This document shows positions 7,146-16,349 of a stretch of DNA of 26,102 nucleotides, in pieces. A program made the translations under genes and the position numbers. How positions within the stretch are numbered: the first letter of the stretch is position 1; the number at the start of each line of letters is the position of its first letter. This stretch comes from Candidatus Sulfobium sp. (GTDB taxonomy: Bacteria; Nitrospirota; Thermodesulfovibrionia; Thermodesulfovibrionales; UBA6898): positions 1 to 26,102 of the forward strand of contig JARRRI010000030.1 in the NCBI GenBank assembly GCA_037380845.1, written 5' to 3'. The notes under the pieces were generated by a model. The model made no database searches. It was given only the letters and a program-made list of their open reading frames with translations, and had not been told where the DNA came from.

Positions 7146-8465
7146 TTATCCTATTGCATAAACCCCGTTACGGGTCTGGTATTTTACCCTGTACATTGCC
7201 TCGTCCGCCAGGCGGAGCAGGTCCTCCTTGGACTGTGCGCTTTCAGGATAGGACGCCACTCCGAAGCTGGCTGTCAGGCGAAGAGGATATCCCTCCTTTT
7301 TCAGGAAGACGTTCCGTTCTATCGACCTCCTTATCCTTTCTGCGATCTGCGCGGCGGAAGCAGGCGACGTCTGGGGCAGGACTATGACGAACTCGTCTCC
7401 TCCGTAACGCGCTACTATGTCTATAGCCCTCAGGCTCCGTATGAGGAGCTGTCCCATTTCAACCAGCAGTTTGCTTCCAACCAGATGGCCATAATTGTCG
7501 TTGATCAGTTTAAAGTGATCGACATCCATGAATATGAGGGAAAGCGAAGATCCGTGCCTCTTGCACCGGGCTATCTCTATCATGAGCGTCCTGTCGAGGT
7601 AACGAGTGTTGAAAAGTTTGGTAAGGTCGTCCGTCACCGAGAGTTCGGCCATTCTCTGATAGAGAGAGGCCCTTTCTATCGCGATGGCGGCATGGTCCAC
7701 GAGCCTCATGAGGAGATTCAGATCCTCCCTGGTGAAGGGCTCGCCCGTGGTCTTGTTTATGATTTCCAAGACGCCCAGGGTGGAGCCTTTACTCCTGATG
7801 GGGACGCACATGAGAGATTTTGTCTTGAAGTCGGTTTCCTTGTCGGCTTTCGGGTAGAACCGTTCGTCTATGGAGACATCAGGAAGGACAACCGGGATAC
7901 CTTCCTGTGCTACCCAGCCAGCGATCCCTTCGCCCATTTTCAGTCTTATCTTTCTGACCTTCTTCCTGTCTTCCTTCCTGCCGGCTATTTTTTCGAACAC
8001 CAGTTCTCCCGTTTCCTCGTCCACCAGCAGAACGGACCAGGTTTCGGCTCTTATCAGTTTCTTGGCTTTCCTCATTATCGTCGTGAGAATATCATCCAGC
8101 TCCAGCGATGACGTCAACGTCTTGTTGATTTCCAGGAAGAAACCGAGTTCCCGCTCAAGATCCTCAGCTCTTTTTTTCAGTCTCGCGTTCTCGTCGATGA
8201 TTTCCTTCTCCTTCAAAGCCTTCTTCATCAGGAAATCAAGCTCCCGGCTGGAGGGATTGGCTGCAGGAAAAACCGGGGGATATTTGAGCCATGGCGCAAA
8301 ACCCCTGAACGATTCACTGTCGGACAGCACGACCTTCGGAACGTCTCTGAACTGTGTAATAAACTCCCTGAAAGAGGATTCCGCCCGCTGGTCCTTGTCT
8401 ATTATAATAAGGTCGGGTCTGTCGTCGGTCCGGCGGACAGCATGATTGACGGACTTGAACTTCAT
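7146..8465 (-). CDS. Diguanylate cyclase (degenerate REC-like, coiled coil, GAF, GGDEF); true start uncertain
   Basis: GEGIAGWV...DERF...SLMCVPI GAF motifs; DDLTKLFN, DVDHFKLINDNYGH and ARYGGDEF; RAID inhibitory site five residues before GGDEF. Confidence 0.95.
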   Translation of the reverse strand: MKFKSVNHAVRRTDDRPDLIIIDKDQRAESSFREFITQFRDVPKVVLSDSESFRGFAPWLKYPPVFPAANPSSRELDFLMKKALKEKEIIDENARLKKRAEDLERELGFFLEINKTLTSSLELDDILTTIMRKAKKLIRAETWSVLLVDEETGELVFEKIAGRKEDRKKVRKIRLKMGEGIAGWVAQEGIPVVLPDVSIDERFYPKADKETDFKTKSLMCVPIRSKGSTLGVLEIINKTTGEPFTREDLNLLMRLVDHAAIAIERASLYQRMAELSVTDDLTKLFNTRYLDRTLMIEIARCKRHGSSLSLIFMDVDHFKLINDNYGHLVGSKLLVEMGQLLIRSLRAIDIVARYGGDEFVIVLPQTSPASAAQIAERIRRSIERNVFLKKEGYPLRLTASFGVASYPESAQSKEDLLRLADEAMYRVKYQTRNGVYAIG

Positions 8466-8539
8466 GGCGGATACGTCTTTTGTCGTAAAGGACTGCTCGC
8501 CGTTTTTTTCCAGAGAATCGAGACCGTCGTTTCCGTCAC

Positions 8540-11149
8540 TTAGTCATTTACGCCGCAGCATTTCTTGTATTTCTTTCCGCTGCCGCAGGGACACGGCTCG
8601 TTGCGTCCCGTTTTCTTCCCCCGCGTAACCGTCTGTACGCCACTTCCCTCGCCACGGTTGTAAATCAACCGGGATTTTCTGCTATGTGTCTTTACCACGT
8701 CCTCCTGATCCCGCTGTATCTGGATCTTGAAAAGTCTCGTGACGACCTCGGTCGAGATCCTCGCCGACATCTCCGCGAACATCTCGAAGGCTTCTTTTTT
8801 GTACTCCACCAGGGGGTCCATCTGGCCGTATCCCCTCAACCCTATGCCTTCCTTCAAATGATCCATGGCGAGCAGATGGTCCTTCCACTGGGAGTCGACG
8901 ACCTGAAGGACGAACATCTTTTCGAGGTAGCGCATCATCTCCGCGCCCAACTCGGCTTCTTTCTGCTCGTAGGCCTGTCTGACCCGGTCCGAGAGGCCCT
9001 CTTTGATCGCATCCACGGTCTCCGGCAGCTCATCGACCGAAACGGAGAAGATACTGTACACCGAGTCCTTCAATGCCTTGAGGTCCCATTCGTCCATCTT
9101 CTCCGGACAGTAAATCGACAGAAGTTCGTCAAGGATCTCATCCATCATGGACTGGATCCGTTCCTTCAGGTCGTCACCCCGCAGAAGTTCCTTCCTGAAG
9201 TCATATATTTCCGTTCTCTGCTTGTTCATCACGTCGTCATATTCAAGCAGGTGTTTTCTTATATCGAAATTCTGCGATTCAACTCTCTTCTGGGCGTTCT
9301 CGATCGCCCTGGATACCATCTTGTTTTCTATCGGTACGTCCTCCTCCATGCCGAGCTTTCCCATCAGGCCTGATATCTTTTCTGAACCGAAGATCCTCAT
9401 CAGGTCGTCCTCCAGAGAAAGATAAAAACGCGAGGCCCCGGGATCGCCCTGCCTGCCGGAACGTCCTCTCAGCTGGTTATCGATACGCCGCGACTCATGC
9501 CTTTCGGTACCCATGATACGGAGCCCTCCTGCAGCGACCACCTTCCCCCGGTCGTCCAGACACCTCTTTTCCGCTTCCTCATAGGCGTTCTTCCATTCCT
9601 CATCGGTATGATCGGGCCTGTCACTCAATATCTCCTTCGCCGTTCCTGCCGGATTGCCGCCGAGAATAATGTCAGTACCCCTGCCGGCCATGTTGGTCGC
9701 GATGGTCACGGCGTGACTCCTTCCCGCCTGAGAGATAATTTCCGCCTCTTTTTCGTGATACTTGGCATTTAATACCGAATGCCTGATTCCCTTTTTCTTC
9801 AGGAGGGCGCTCAGATGCTCGGACTTTTCAATAGAGATAGTGCCGACCAGCACTGGCTGCCCCTTCTTGTGCAGTTCCTCTATTTCATTCACTACCGCCG
9901 TAAATTTCCCCCTTTCGGTCTTATAGATCGAGTCGGGGAAGTCCTTCCTTATCATCGGCTTGTTGGTAGGCATTACGAGTACGTCCAGGTTGTATATTTT
10001 TGCGAACTCCTCCGCCTCTGTCAGGGCGGTACCGGTCATTCCGGCGAGTTTCGTATACATCCTGAAGTAATTCTGGAAGGTGATCGTTGCCAGCGTCTGA
10101 TTTTCGCTGGCTATCTTGACACCCTCTTTGGCTTCCACCGCCTGATGAAGTCCGTCGGACCACCGCCTCCCGGGCATGAGTCTGCCTGTAAATTCGTCTA
10201 CGATGATTACCTCGCCGTCTTTCACCACGTAGTCAACATCTCTTTTGAAGAGGGCGTGAGCCTTCAGTCCCTGCTGTATGTGATGGACAAGTTCGATATT
10301 CGCCGGGTCGTAGAGATTGCCGGCGCCAAGCAGCCGTTCCGCCTTGACGTTTCCTTCTTCGGTCAATATAACAGTCCGTGCCTTCTCGTCAATCGTGTAA
10401 TCGGTTTCCACCTCAAGCTTCGGGATAATCTTGTCGATCTTGTAATATTTGTCCGTGGACTCTTCGGAAGGGCCGGATATTATGAGGGGTGTCCGGGCCT
10501 CGTCTACCAGGATGCTGTCCACCTCGTCGACGATGGCATAATTGAGCTGTCTCTGTACGAATTCGGAAGATTCATATTTCATGTTGTCCCTCAGATAATC
10601 GAAACCGAATTCGTTATTGGTACCGTAGGTGATGTCTGCGTTGTAGGAGGCCTGTCTTTCCTCGTCGGTCAGTCCGTGAACTATAGTCCCTACGCTCAGG
10701 CCAAGAAAGGTATAAACGGAGCCCATCCACTGGGCGTCTCTGGTTGCAAGGTAATCGTTCACTGTCACAACGTGGACACCCTTCCTTTCGAGGGCGTTCA
10801 GGTAGACGGGGAGGGTGGCGACAAGTGTCTTTCCTTCCCCGGTCTTCATCTCCGCTATCTTGCCCTCATGCAGGACGATTCCCCCCAGGAGCTGGACATC
10901 GAAATGCCTCATTTTCAGCACTCTTTTCGATGCCTCTCTGACCACGGCAAACGCCTCGGGCAGAACATCATCCAGCGCCTGTCCCTCGCCCAGCCGCTTC
11001 CTGAATTCCGTTGTCTTGTCCCGCAGCTGGCTATCCGAAAGCCCGCTCACTGAAGATTCCAGCGCATTAATGCGTTCGACAACAGGCAGGAGCCTGTTTA
11101 TCTCCCGTTCGTTCTTGGTCCCTATGATTTTTTTCAATATTCCAAACAT
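8540..11149 (-). CDS. secA: Preprotein translocase ATPase SecA
   Basis: [32 protein letters not shown] and C-terminal SEC-C motif [13 protein letters not shown]. Start taken as ATG 11149 (MFGILKK), not 11323. Confidence 0.98.
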   Translation of the reverse strand: MFGILKKIIGTKNEREINRLLPVVERINALESSVSGLSDSQLRDKTTEFRKRLGEGQALDDVLPEAFAVVREASKRVLKMRHFDVQLLGGIVLHEGKIAEMKTGEGKTLVATLPVYLNALERKGVHVVTVNDYLATRDAQWMGSVYTFLGLSVGTIVHGLTDEERQASYNADITYGTNNEFGFDYLRDNMKYESSEFVQRQLNYAIVDEVDSILVDEARTPLIISGPSEESTDKYYKIDKIIPKLEVETDYTIDEKARTVILTEEGNVKAERLLGAGNLYDPANIELVHHIQQGLKAHALFKRDVDYVVKDGEVIIVDEFTGRLMPGRRWSDGLHQAVEAKEGVKIASENQTLATITFQNYFRMYTKLAGMTGTALTEAEEFAKIYNLDVLVMPTNKPMIRKDFPDSIYKTERGKFTAVVNEIEELHKKGQPVLVGTISIEKSEHLSALLKKKGIRHSVLNAKYHEKEAEIISQAGRSHAVTIATNMAGRGTDIILGGNPAGTAKEILSDRPDHTDEEWKNAYEEAEKRCLDDRGKVVAAGGLRIMGTERHESRRIDNQLRGRSGRQGDPGASRFYLSLEDDLMRIFGSEKISGLMGKLGMEEDVPIENKMVSRAIENAQKRVESQNFDIRKHLLEYDDVMNKQRTEIYDFRKELLRGDDLKERIQSMMDEILDELLSIYCPEKMDEWDLKALKDSVYSIFSVSVDELPETVDAIKEGLSDRVRQAYEQKEAELGAEMMRYLEKMFVLQVVDSQWKDHLLAMDHLKEGIGLRGYGQMDPLVEYKKEAFEMFAEMSARISTEVVTRLFKIQIQRDQEDVVKTHSRKSRLIYNRGEGSGVQTVTRGKKTGRNEPCPCGSGKKYKKCCGVND

Positions 11150-11156
11150 AATATTC

Positions 11157-11185
11157 ATATTAAAGCAACGGCAGGAATATTGCAA
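11157..11185 (-). promoter_or_regulatory. Sigma70 promoter of secA, probably leaderless
   Basis: TTGCAA (11185-11180), 17 nt, TAATAT (11162-11157), 7 nt, ATG 11149; no SD. Confidence 0.65.
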
Positions 11186-11289
11186 GAAATCCCGGCATTT
11201 CAAGATGTTACAGACGACGGCGCCGAGGTGTTTCGGTTGCCTGGTTTCCGGGAAGAGACCTCCGGCGTTTCCCGCCTGCTCGTGCGGAT

Positions 11290-11319
11290 TTGAACAAATG
11301 TCGCTAATAATGTTAAATT
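11290..11319 (+). promoter_or_regulatory. Sigma70 promoter of miaB-mtaB, probably leaderless
   Basis: TTGAAC 11290-11295, extended -10 TG-T-TAAATT 11311-11319, 6 nt, ATG 11326; no SD. Confidence 0.6.
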
Positions 11320-11325
11320 TCAACG

Positions 11326-12639
11326 ATGCAGAGGTCCTTTTTTGTCTACACCTATGGATGCCAGATGAACGCCCATGATTCGGAAAAAATCCGGGGTCTT
11401 CTTACGGGAAAGGGATATGTCAATGCCGACAGCCCGGAAGAGGCGGACCTCATAATTTTCAATACCTGCGCCATAAGGGAAAAAGCGGAACAGAAGTTTT
11501 TCAGTCAACTGGGAAGGACCGGAATGCTCAAGCGGAAAAGGACCGAACTGCAGATCGCGGTCACGGGATGCGTTGCCCAGGAGGCGGGGAAGCGGCTCCT
11601 AGGGAAGGCGCCGTTCGTTGACTTCGTAATAGGCCCGCAGAACATTCACCGTCTGGCGGAGGTTGTTTCCTCTGACCGCAGGGTCGAGACAGGGCAGGAC
11701 AACAGCGACATCGCACTGAGGGAATTTTCGGCCGAGAGGGAGAGCCGGGTAAAGGCATGGATATCCATTATGTACGGATGCAATAATTTCTGCAGTTACT
11801 GTATAGTGCCTTACACCAGGGGCAGAGAGGTATCCAGGCCGGGCAGCAGTATACTGGCCGAGGCCGGAGATTTGACAGCAAGAGGCTACAGGGAGATTAC
11901 ACTTCTGGGGCAGAACGTCAACTCCTATAGAAGCGAAATGGGATTTGTGGAGTTGCTGCGCAAGATCGATGAGACCGGAATTAACCGGGTCCGCTTTGTG
12001 ACGTCACATCCCAGAGATTTTTCTATCGAGCTGATCGACGCAGTAACGAACCTGCGGAGTGTGTGTGAACATATTCACCTTCCGATTCAGTCGGGATCCG
12101 ACAGGATATTGGAATTGATGAACAGAGGGTATACCTTTTCCGATTATAAGAGAAAAGTAGATGCACTAAGAGACAAGATTCCGGATGCTACAATCACAAC
12201 AGACATAATCGCGGGCTTCCCGGGGGAATCTGAAGAAGACCATGAAGATACGGTAAGGGCTCTGGAGGAAATCGGATTCGACGGTATTTTCGCATTCAAG
12301 TTTTCACCCAAAAAGGGAACCAGGGCAAATGACATGAAAGACCAACTGGATGAAACGGTTAAGTCTGCGCGCCTCAACCGGATATTGAAGGTCCAAGAGG
12401 GCATAACATATCGGAAAAACAAGGAACTGGAGGGCACGGTGCAGGAAATTCTCATAGAAGGCCTTTCCGAAACCGACAGTGAGATGCTCGTAGGGCGTAC
12501 CCGGACGAACAAGATTGTGACAATAAATGCATTACCGGGAGATGCTGGTTCGCTGATGAGAGTGAGAATCGAGAAGGCACGGCTTCATTCGCTTTCGGCA
12601 GTGCCCGTTGACCTGGAAACATTCACCGCATCACGATGA
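11326..12639 (+). CDS. miaB: tRNA i6A37 methylthiotransferase MiaB
   Basis: [25 protein letters not shown], radical [11 protein letters not shown] followed by [10 protein letters not shown]-terminal TRAM domain. Confidence 0.96.
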   Translation: MQRSFFVYTYGCQMNAHDSEKIRGLLTGKGYVNADSPEEADLIIFNTCAIREKAEQKFFSQLGRTGMLKRKRTELQIAVTGCVAQEAGKRLLGKAPFVDFVIGPQNIHRLAEVVSSDRRVETGQDNSDIALREFSAERESRVKAWISIMYGCNNFCSYCIVPYTRGREVSRPGSSILAEAGDLTARGYREITLLGQNVNSYRSEMGFVELLRKIDETGINRVRFVTSHPRDFSIELIDAVTNLRSVCEHIHLPIQSGSDRILELMNRGYTFSDYKRKVDALRDKIPDATITTDIIAGFPGESEEDHEDTVRALEEIGFDGIFAFKFSPKKGTRANDMKDQLDETVKSARLNRILKVQEGITYRKNKELEGTVQEILIEGLSETDSEMLVGRTRTNKIVTINALPGDAGSLMRVRIEKARLHSLSAVPVDLETFTASR

Positions 12640-13868
12640 GAGTATCCCTACTGACTCTTGGTTGCAGGGTGAACCAGGCCGAAAGCTCCGTTCTTGAGGG
12701 AACACTTAAGGAAAACGGTGTTAATGTCATTGATCTAAAGGATAATCCGGATATCTGCATTGTAAATACCTGCGCCGTAACATCCAAGAGTGACTATAAT
12801 TCAAGGCAACTAATCAGAAGAGCGGCGAGGGCGGGCGCGAAGGTGATAGTCACCGGTTGCTATTCACAGCTTAGACCTCATGAGGTTAAGGCCATTCCCG
12901 GAGTTGCGGGAGTCGTTGGAAACACTAACAAATACGAGATAGTGAGCATGCTGACTGGGAGGCCGACGGAGCTCTCGTTCAGCCTTTCCTCACGATCGAG
13001 ACCTCACCTGAAGGTACAGGACGGCTGTAATTTCAGGTGCTCTTACTGCTCGGTCCCACACGCCAGAGGCACCTCACGAAGTGTCCCCCCGGGAATAGTT
13101 ATCGAGAGAGCCCGTGCAATAGAGTCACGGGGATATAAAGAGATCGTGCTGACCGGTATCCATCTCGGCACCTACGGTCATGACCTCAATACAAAGTCAA
13201 ACCTGAACATTCTTCTGAAAAAACTGCTTCTTGGAACCGATACCATAAGGTTCCGGTTGAGCTCACTTGAGATCGGGGAGATAAATGAAGAGCTTATGGA
13301 GATAATGCAGAGCGGGCGGATATGCAACCATCTCCATGTGCCTCTTCAGAGCGGCAGCGACAGAATACTGCGGCTGATGGACCGGCGCTACACGGGGGAA
13401 CATTACAGGGAAAGAATCCTGCTCGTCCATGAGAAAGTAGATAACCTCTCGCTGGGAACAGACGTAATCGTCGGCTTTCCGGGTGAGGGAGACGAGGAGT
13501 TTTCCGACACCCATAAACTCATAAGCGGTATCCCTTTCACGTATCTTCACATTTTTCCCTATTCGCCACGTCCCGGCACGAAGGCTGCGGAAATGCGGGA
13601 CACCTCATCGAGAGAGGCCGTGGCAAAGCGACTCGCCGCACTCCGCGAGATGGACACTCTCCGAAGAGACTCCTACAAAAAACTCCAGCTAGAGGGGAGA
13701 CTGGAAGTAATTCTTGAGGATTCGCGCGGAGGTAATTTGATGTGTGGTACGTCCCGGAATTACCTGAAGGTTCTCGTAGCGGTGCAGGGCCAGGCCAAGG
13801 GAAGCCTTGTAGGAGTAAGGCCTACGGAACTCATTGACGGGATGCTTCGCGGGAATGCGATAAGTTGA
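12636..13868 (+). CDS. mtaB: tRNA t6A37 methylthiotransferase MtaB
   Basis: TLGCRVNQAES, VNTCAVT, LKVQDGCNFRCSYC, EIVLTGIHLG, HIFPYSPRPGT; ATGA overlap with miaB. Confidence 0.92.
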   Translation: MRVSLLTLGCRVNQAESSVLEGTLKENGVNVIDLKDNPDICIVNTCAVTSKSDYNSRQLIRRAARAGAKVIVTGCYSQLRPHEVKAIPGVAGVVGNTNKYEIVSMLTGRPTELSFSLSSRSRPHLKVQDGCNFRCSYCSVPHARGTSRSVPPGIVIERARAIESRGYKEIVLTGIHLGTYGHDLNTKSNLNILLKKLLLGTDTIRFRLSSLEIGEINEELMEIMQSGRICNHLHVPLQSGSDRILRLMDRRYTGEHYRERILLVHEKVDNLSLGTDVIVGFPGEGDEEFSDTHKLISGIPFTYLHIFPYSPRPGTKAAEMRDTSSREAVAKRLAALREMDTLRRDSYKKLQLEGRLEVILEDSRGGNLMCGTSRNYLKVLVAVQGQAKGSLVGVRPTELIDGMLRGNAIS

Positions 13869-14005
13869 CCGCAACCCGCTGATATTATAGAGTATTTGCT
13901 GTGCCTAATACCTAGACAGGGCTGTAGACCTCAGCATTCTCCCCGGACAGGACATCTTACTAACAGGGATACCAACAAGTTGCTGACATTCTGTGTTTAT
14001 ATATA

Positions 14006-14033
14006 ACGTCTGATAAGATATATTATGTAAAAT
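14006..14033 (+). other. dif site (XerC/XerD chromosome dimer resolution site)
   Basis: ACGTCTGATAA-GATATA-TTATGTAAAAT: 11-6-11 layout with inner ATAA/TTAT arms. Right arm differs from the E. coli XerD arm (TTATGTTAAAT) at one position. Lies in an AT-rich convergent intergenic gap. Confidence 0.9.
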
Positions 14034-14186
14034 CATAACAACGCTTAGCCTTCCTCAAAGTCTCTCCGGGCCACTCCCCTGAGAAAATCCGGCTCAGAAA
14101 TGTAGGAGTTTCCGTACGGCCCTGCTTCTGACATACTTTGAAAACTGCGCAAAAATAGAGCGTCCGGTTTCGCCAAACTTCTCCTC

Positions 14187-15386
14187 TTAGCTGGAAACGC
14201 TAAGGTAGGCTAGAGCCTCCTCCGCAGTGGTTATCTGTCCGACGAATTCAGCCTTCCTGACTTCTCTTATCGCCTTGCCCAGGGTGCGGCCGTCCACCGT
14301 TCCAAGAGCCGACCTAATTTCTTCGGCTGTGAGCAGTCCTTTCCTCTCAATTCTTCCGTATTCTCCAAGATCCTCAACATATTGAGGCATCGCGCGAATG
14401 ATTAACAGGTCCGGGGACGCTTCCCCGGCCGCCTCAAATACGTCAAAGAGACGCTCCCTGCTTACAGCCCTCGTATCGCTCCTTCTGTCGAGCATCATGC
14501 TCCCTTTATTAAAGCAGGATAACCGTCGAATGATCCTCCTGCCGAGAACGAACATGTGCTCCGGGCAACCTTCAAGCAGTACCTCGAGGTTCAGAAGTCC
14601 CAAACGCTTCAGCCCCTGAGCAAATATCTCTTCCGACCTGATGTTATACTTCAACAATGCCTCTGAGGACCGCCTGAAAAGATCGCCGACAGCATTAACT
14701 TTGCGCTCCAAGTCCTTGTAATTACTGCTTATTATGCACTGGAGCAAACCGTCCTCCAACATCATGGGAACGATCTGCAGCGCATTCTTCAGGTTTAAGG
14801 TTTTGAAAAACTCTGAAGTTATTCTTTCACTGCTGGTCTTACGAATAAGGCTCGAAAACTCTCTCAATGCAGACCTTGTCGCGTCCTCGATCCGAAATGA
14901 AAGCTCTCCGGCAAATCTGTAGGCCCTCAGAATCCTGAGAGGATCACTTATTATGTTTGCTGCATCCACCATCCTGATGAGTCCGCCTTTAAGGTCTTCC
15001 ATCCCCCCTTCCGGGTCTATCCAGCCCGCATCCGGCGACCAGGCTATTGCGTTGATAGTAAAGTCACGGTATGAGAGGTCCTTCCCAATATTCTCCTTTA
15101 CCGGGGTGAAATCCAGGGTCGCGCCGTCTTTGAGAACAACCCGGCACAACCCTTCCCGGCCAAGTCCGAACATCTTTCCGCCCCTGAGCCGGACAACCTC
15201 TCCGATCAGAGTCTCCATAGGGCCCGCCACTACATAATCTCTGTCAAGGCTCCATTGGCCCATGAGAACGTCCCGCATATATCCGCCTACCACGAATATC
15301 TGCGCGTCGCTCCGAATGCCGAATACTATTGAATTATACGGATCGCCAATGATCTTTTTTCCCAAATCACGTATATCGGGGGTCAT
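14187..15386 (-). CDS. Class II tRNA nucleotidyltransferase, predicted CC-adding type
   Basis: VVGGYMRD...DRD (motif A), YRDFTINA (B), SDPLRILRAYRF (D), SERITSE (E); flexible loop between A and B is very short. Confidence 0.85.
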   Translation of the reverse strand: MTPDIRDLGKKIIGDPYNSIVFGIRSDAQIFVVGGYMRDVLMGQWSLDRDYVVAGPMETLIGEVVRLRGGKMFGLGREGLCRVVLKDGATLDFTPVKENIGKDLSYRDFTINAIAWSPDAGWIDPEGGMEDLKGGLIRMVDAANIISDPLRILRAYRFAGELSFRIEDATRSALREFSSLIRKTSSERITSEFFKTLNLKNALQIVPMMLEDGLLQCIISSNYKDLERKVNAVGDLFRRSSEALLKYNIRSEEIFAQGLKRLGLLNLEVLLEGCPEHMFVLGRRIIRRLSCFNKGSMMLDRRSDTRAVSRERLFDVFEAAGEASPDLLIIRAMPQYVEDLGEYGRIERKGLLTAEEIRSALGTVDGRTLGKAIREVRKAEFVGQITTAEEALAYLSVSS

Positions 15387-15395
15387 AATTACAAT

Positions 15396-15401
15396 ATTTT
15401 A
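15396..15401 (-). promoter_or_regulatory. Putative -10 element directly upstream of the nucleotidyltransferase start
   Basis: TAAAAT 9 nt upstream of ATG 15386, no SD; -35 is poor. Confidence 0.4.
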
Positions 15402-15673
15402 CAGCCAATGAGGCACTGCCGACAGAGAAAAAGCAGTCCGTAGAGTAATCTTTACGTCCTGTATCTTATTGTGCTTCTTAGGGCGGTCGGGCTTTCAACC
15501 TTTATTCAACGGTTAGAAGCGGGAATCCATTATCTTTTTTCCGGAAAGATCTATTGACTCCATAATAATCCTGGAATATCATGCAATACTGACCGCGATA
15601 GTGATAAATTACTTCAAGCTTGGCAAACGGTTGAGAGTTTCAATTTCGAGGCCACTGCTCTGAAAAAAGGGAG

Positions 15674-16255
15674 TTATTCGGAAGGACGGCTATATTTCTT
15701 GACCAGAAATGCCAACAGTCCTTCCAGACGTGCGGCAAGCTGGTCAGGATCCGGATCGGGCCCTTTGTTGACATAGTTGGCTGGCGCGAGGCTGTCCATC
15801 TGTTCCCTGAGACCCCGATCGGCCTTCAAACCGGAAAAGAATATGATAGGCACCTTTCTGGCGCCGTTTTTAGCTTCCAGGGCGCGCATCGTCCTCGCCG
15901 CCGTGAGGCCGTCCATAACAGGCATATTCAGGTCGATGATCGAAACCAGGACCGGCTTCTTTTCAGTAACGAGTTCGGAGTAAGAAGATATGAGTTCGAG
16001 ACCGTTTTCGAACGACAGAACGGTAGAGAAAACTTCCTTTTCCCTGATCAGATCCTCAATTATTTTTCTGGTATATCTGGAATCGTCAGTTACCAGGGCG
16101 TACCCGGCTCTGGACGTGCTCTCTGTCTTAGCCAATTTCTGAACGTCCAGCGTGAACCCGCAATAGGCGCAGGTCACCTCCCTTTTTCCATGCCTTTCGA
16201 ACGTGCTGAAAGGTACCTGCTCCCCGCAGCACAGACAGTACCTAGTATCCTCCAT
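15674..16255 (-). CDS. Response regulator: N-terminal Zn ribbon plus receiver domain, no output domain
   Basis: CLCC...CAYC pair; REC motifs LVTDD, IIDLNMPVMDG, FFSG and YVNKG. Confidence 0.88.
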   Translation of the reverse strand: MEDTRYCLCCGEQVPFSTFERHGKREVTCAYCGFTLDVQKLAKTESTSRAGYALVTDDSRYTRKIIEDLIREKEVFSTVLSFENGLELISSYSELVTEKKPVLVSIIDLNMPVMDGLTAARTMRALEAKNGARKVPIIFFSGLKADRGLREQMDSLAPANYVNKGPDPDPDQLAARLEGLLAFLVKKYSRPSE

Positions 16256-16264
16256 GACAGTTAC

Positions 16265-16293
16265 ATTATAAAGAGAGCCTTTCTTTATTGCAA
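16265..16293 (-). promoter_or_regulatory. Sigma70 promoter of the response regulator, near-leaderless
   Basis: TTGCAA (16293-16288), 17 nt, TATAAT (16270-16265), 9 nt, ATG 16255; no SD. Confidence 0.75.
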
Positions 16294-16349
16294 CAGGCAG
16301 GCATGATTTCAGCCATCCGAAACTCGGGGGCGCCGGGGTTATGTCAAAA

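Noticed and set aside
9779..11053. Long antisense ORFs (424 aa here; also 7044-8111, 16848-18098, 21868-22893 and others)
   Set aside because: Shadow frames exactly opposite well-supported genes, expected from codon bias; no recognisable domains.
11291..11318. TAATGTTAAAT resembling a XerD arm (second dif)
   Set aside because: No XerC arm ending in ATAA at 6-bp spacing; better explained as the miaB extended -10.
11150..11323. 58-aa N-terminal extension of SecA in the ORF track
   Set aside because: Not SecA-like and overlaps both divergent promoters; SecA similarity starts at MFGILKK.
14094..14131. Imperfect hairpin TCAGAA...TTCTGA near dif
   Set aside because: Weak interrupted stem with no U-tract; cannot be called a terminator.
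15402..15673. ~270-bp intergenic gap checked for tRNA, ncRNA or CRISPR
   Set aside because: No cloverleaf, repeat array or convincing structure.
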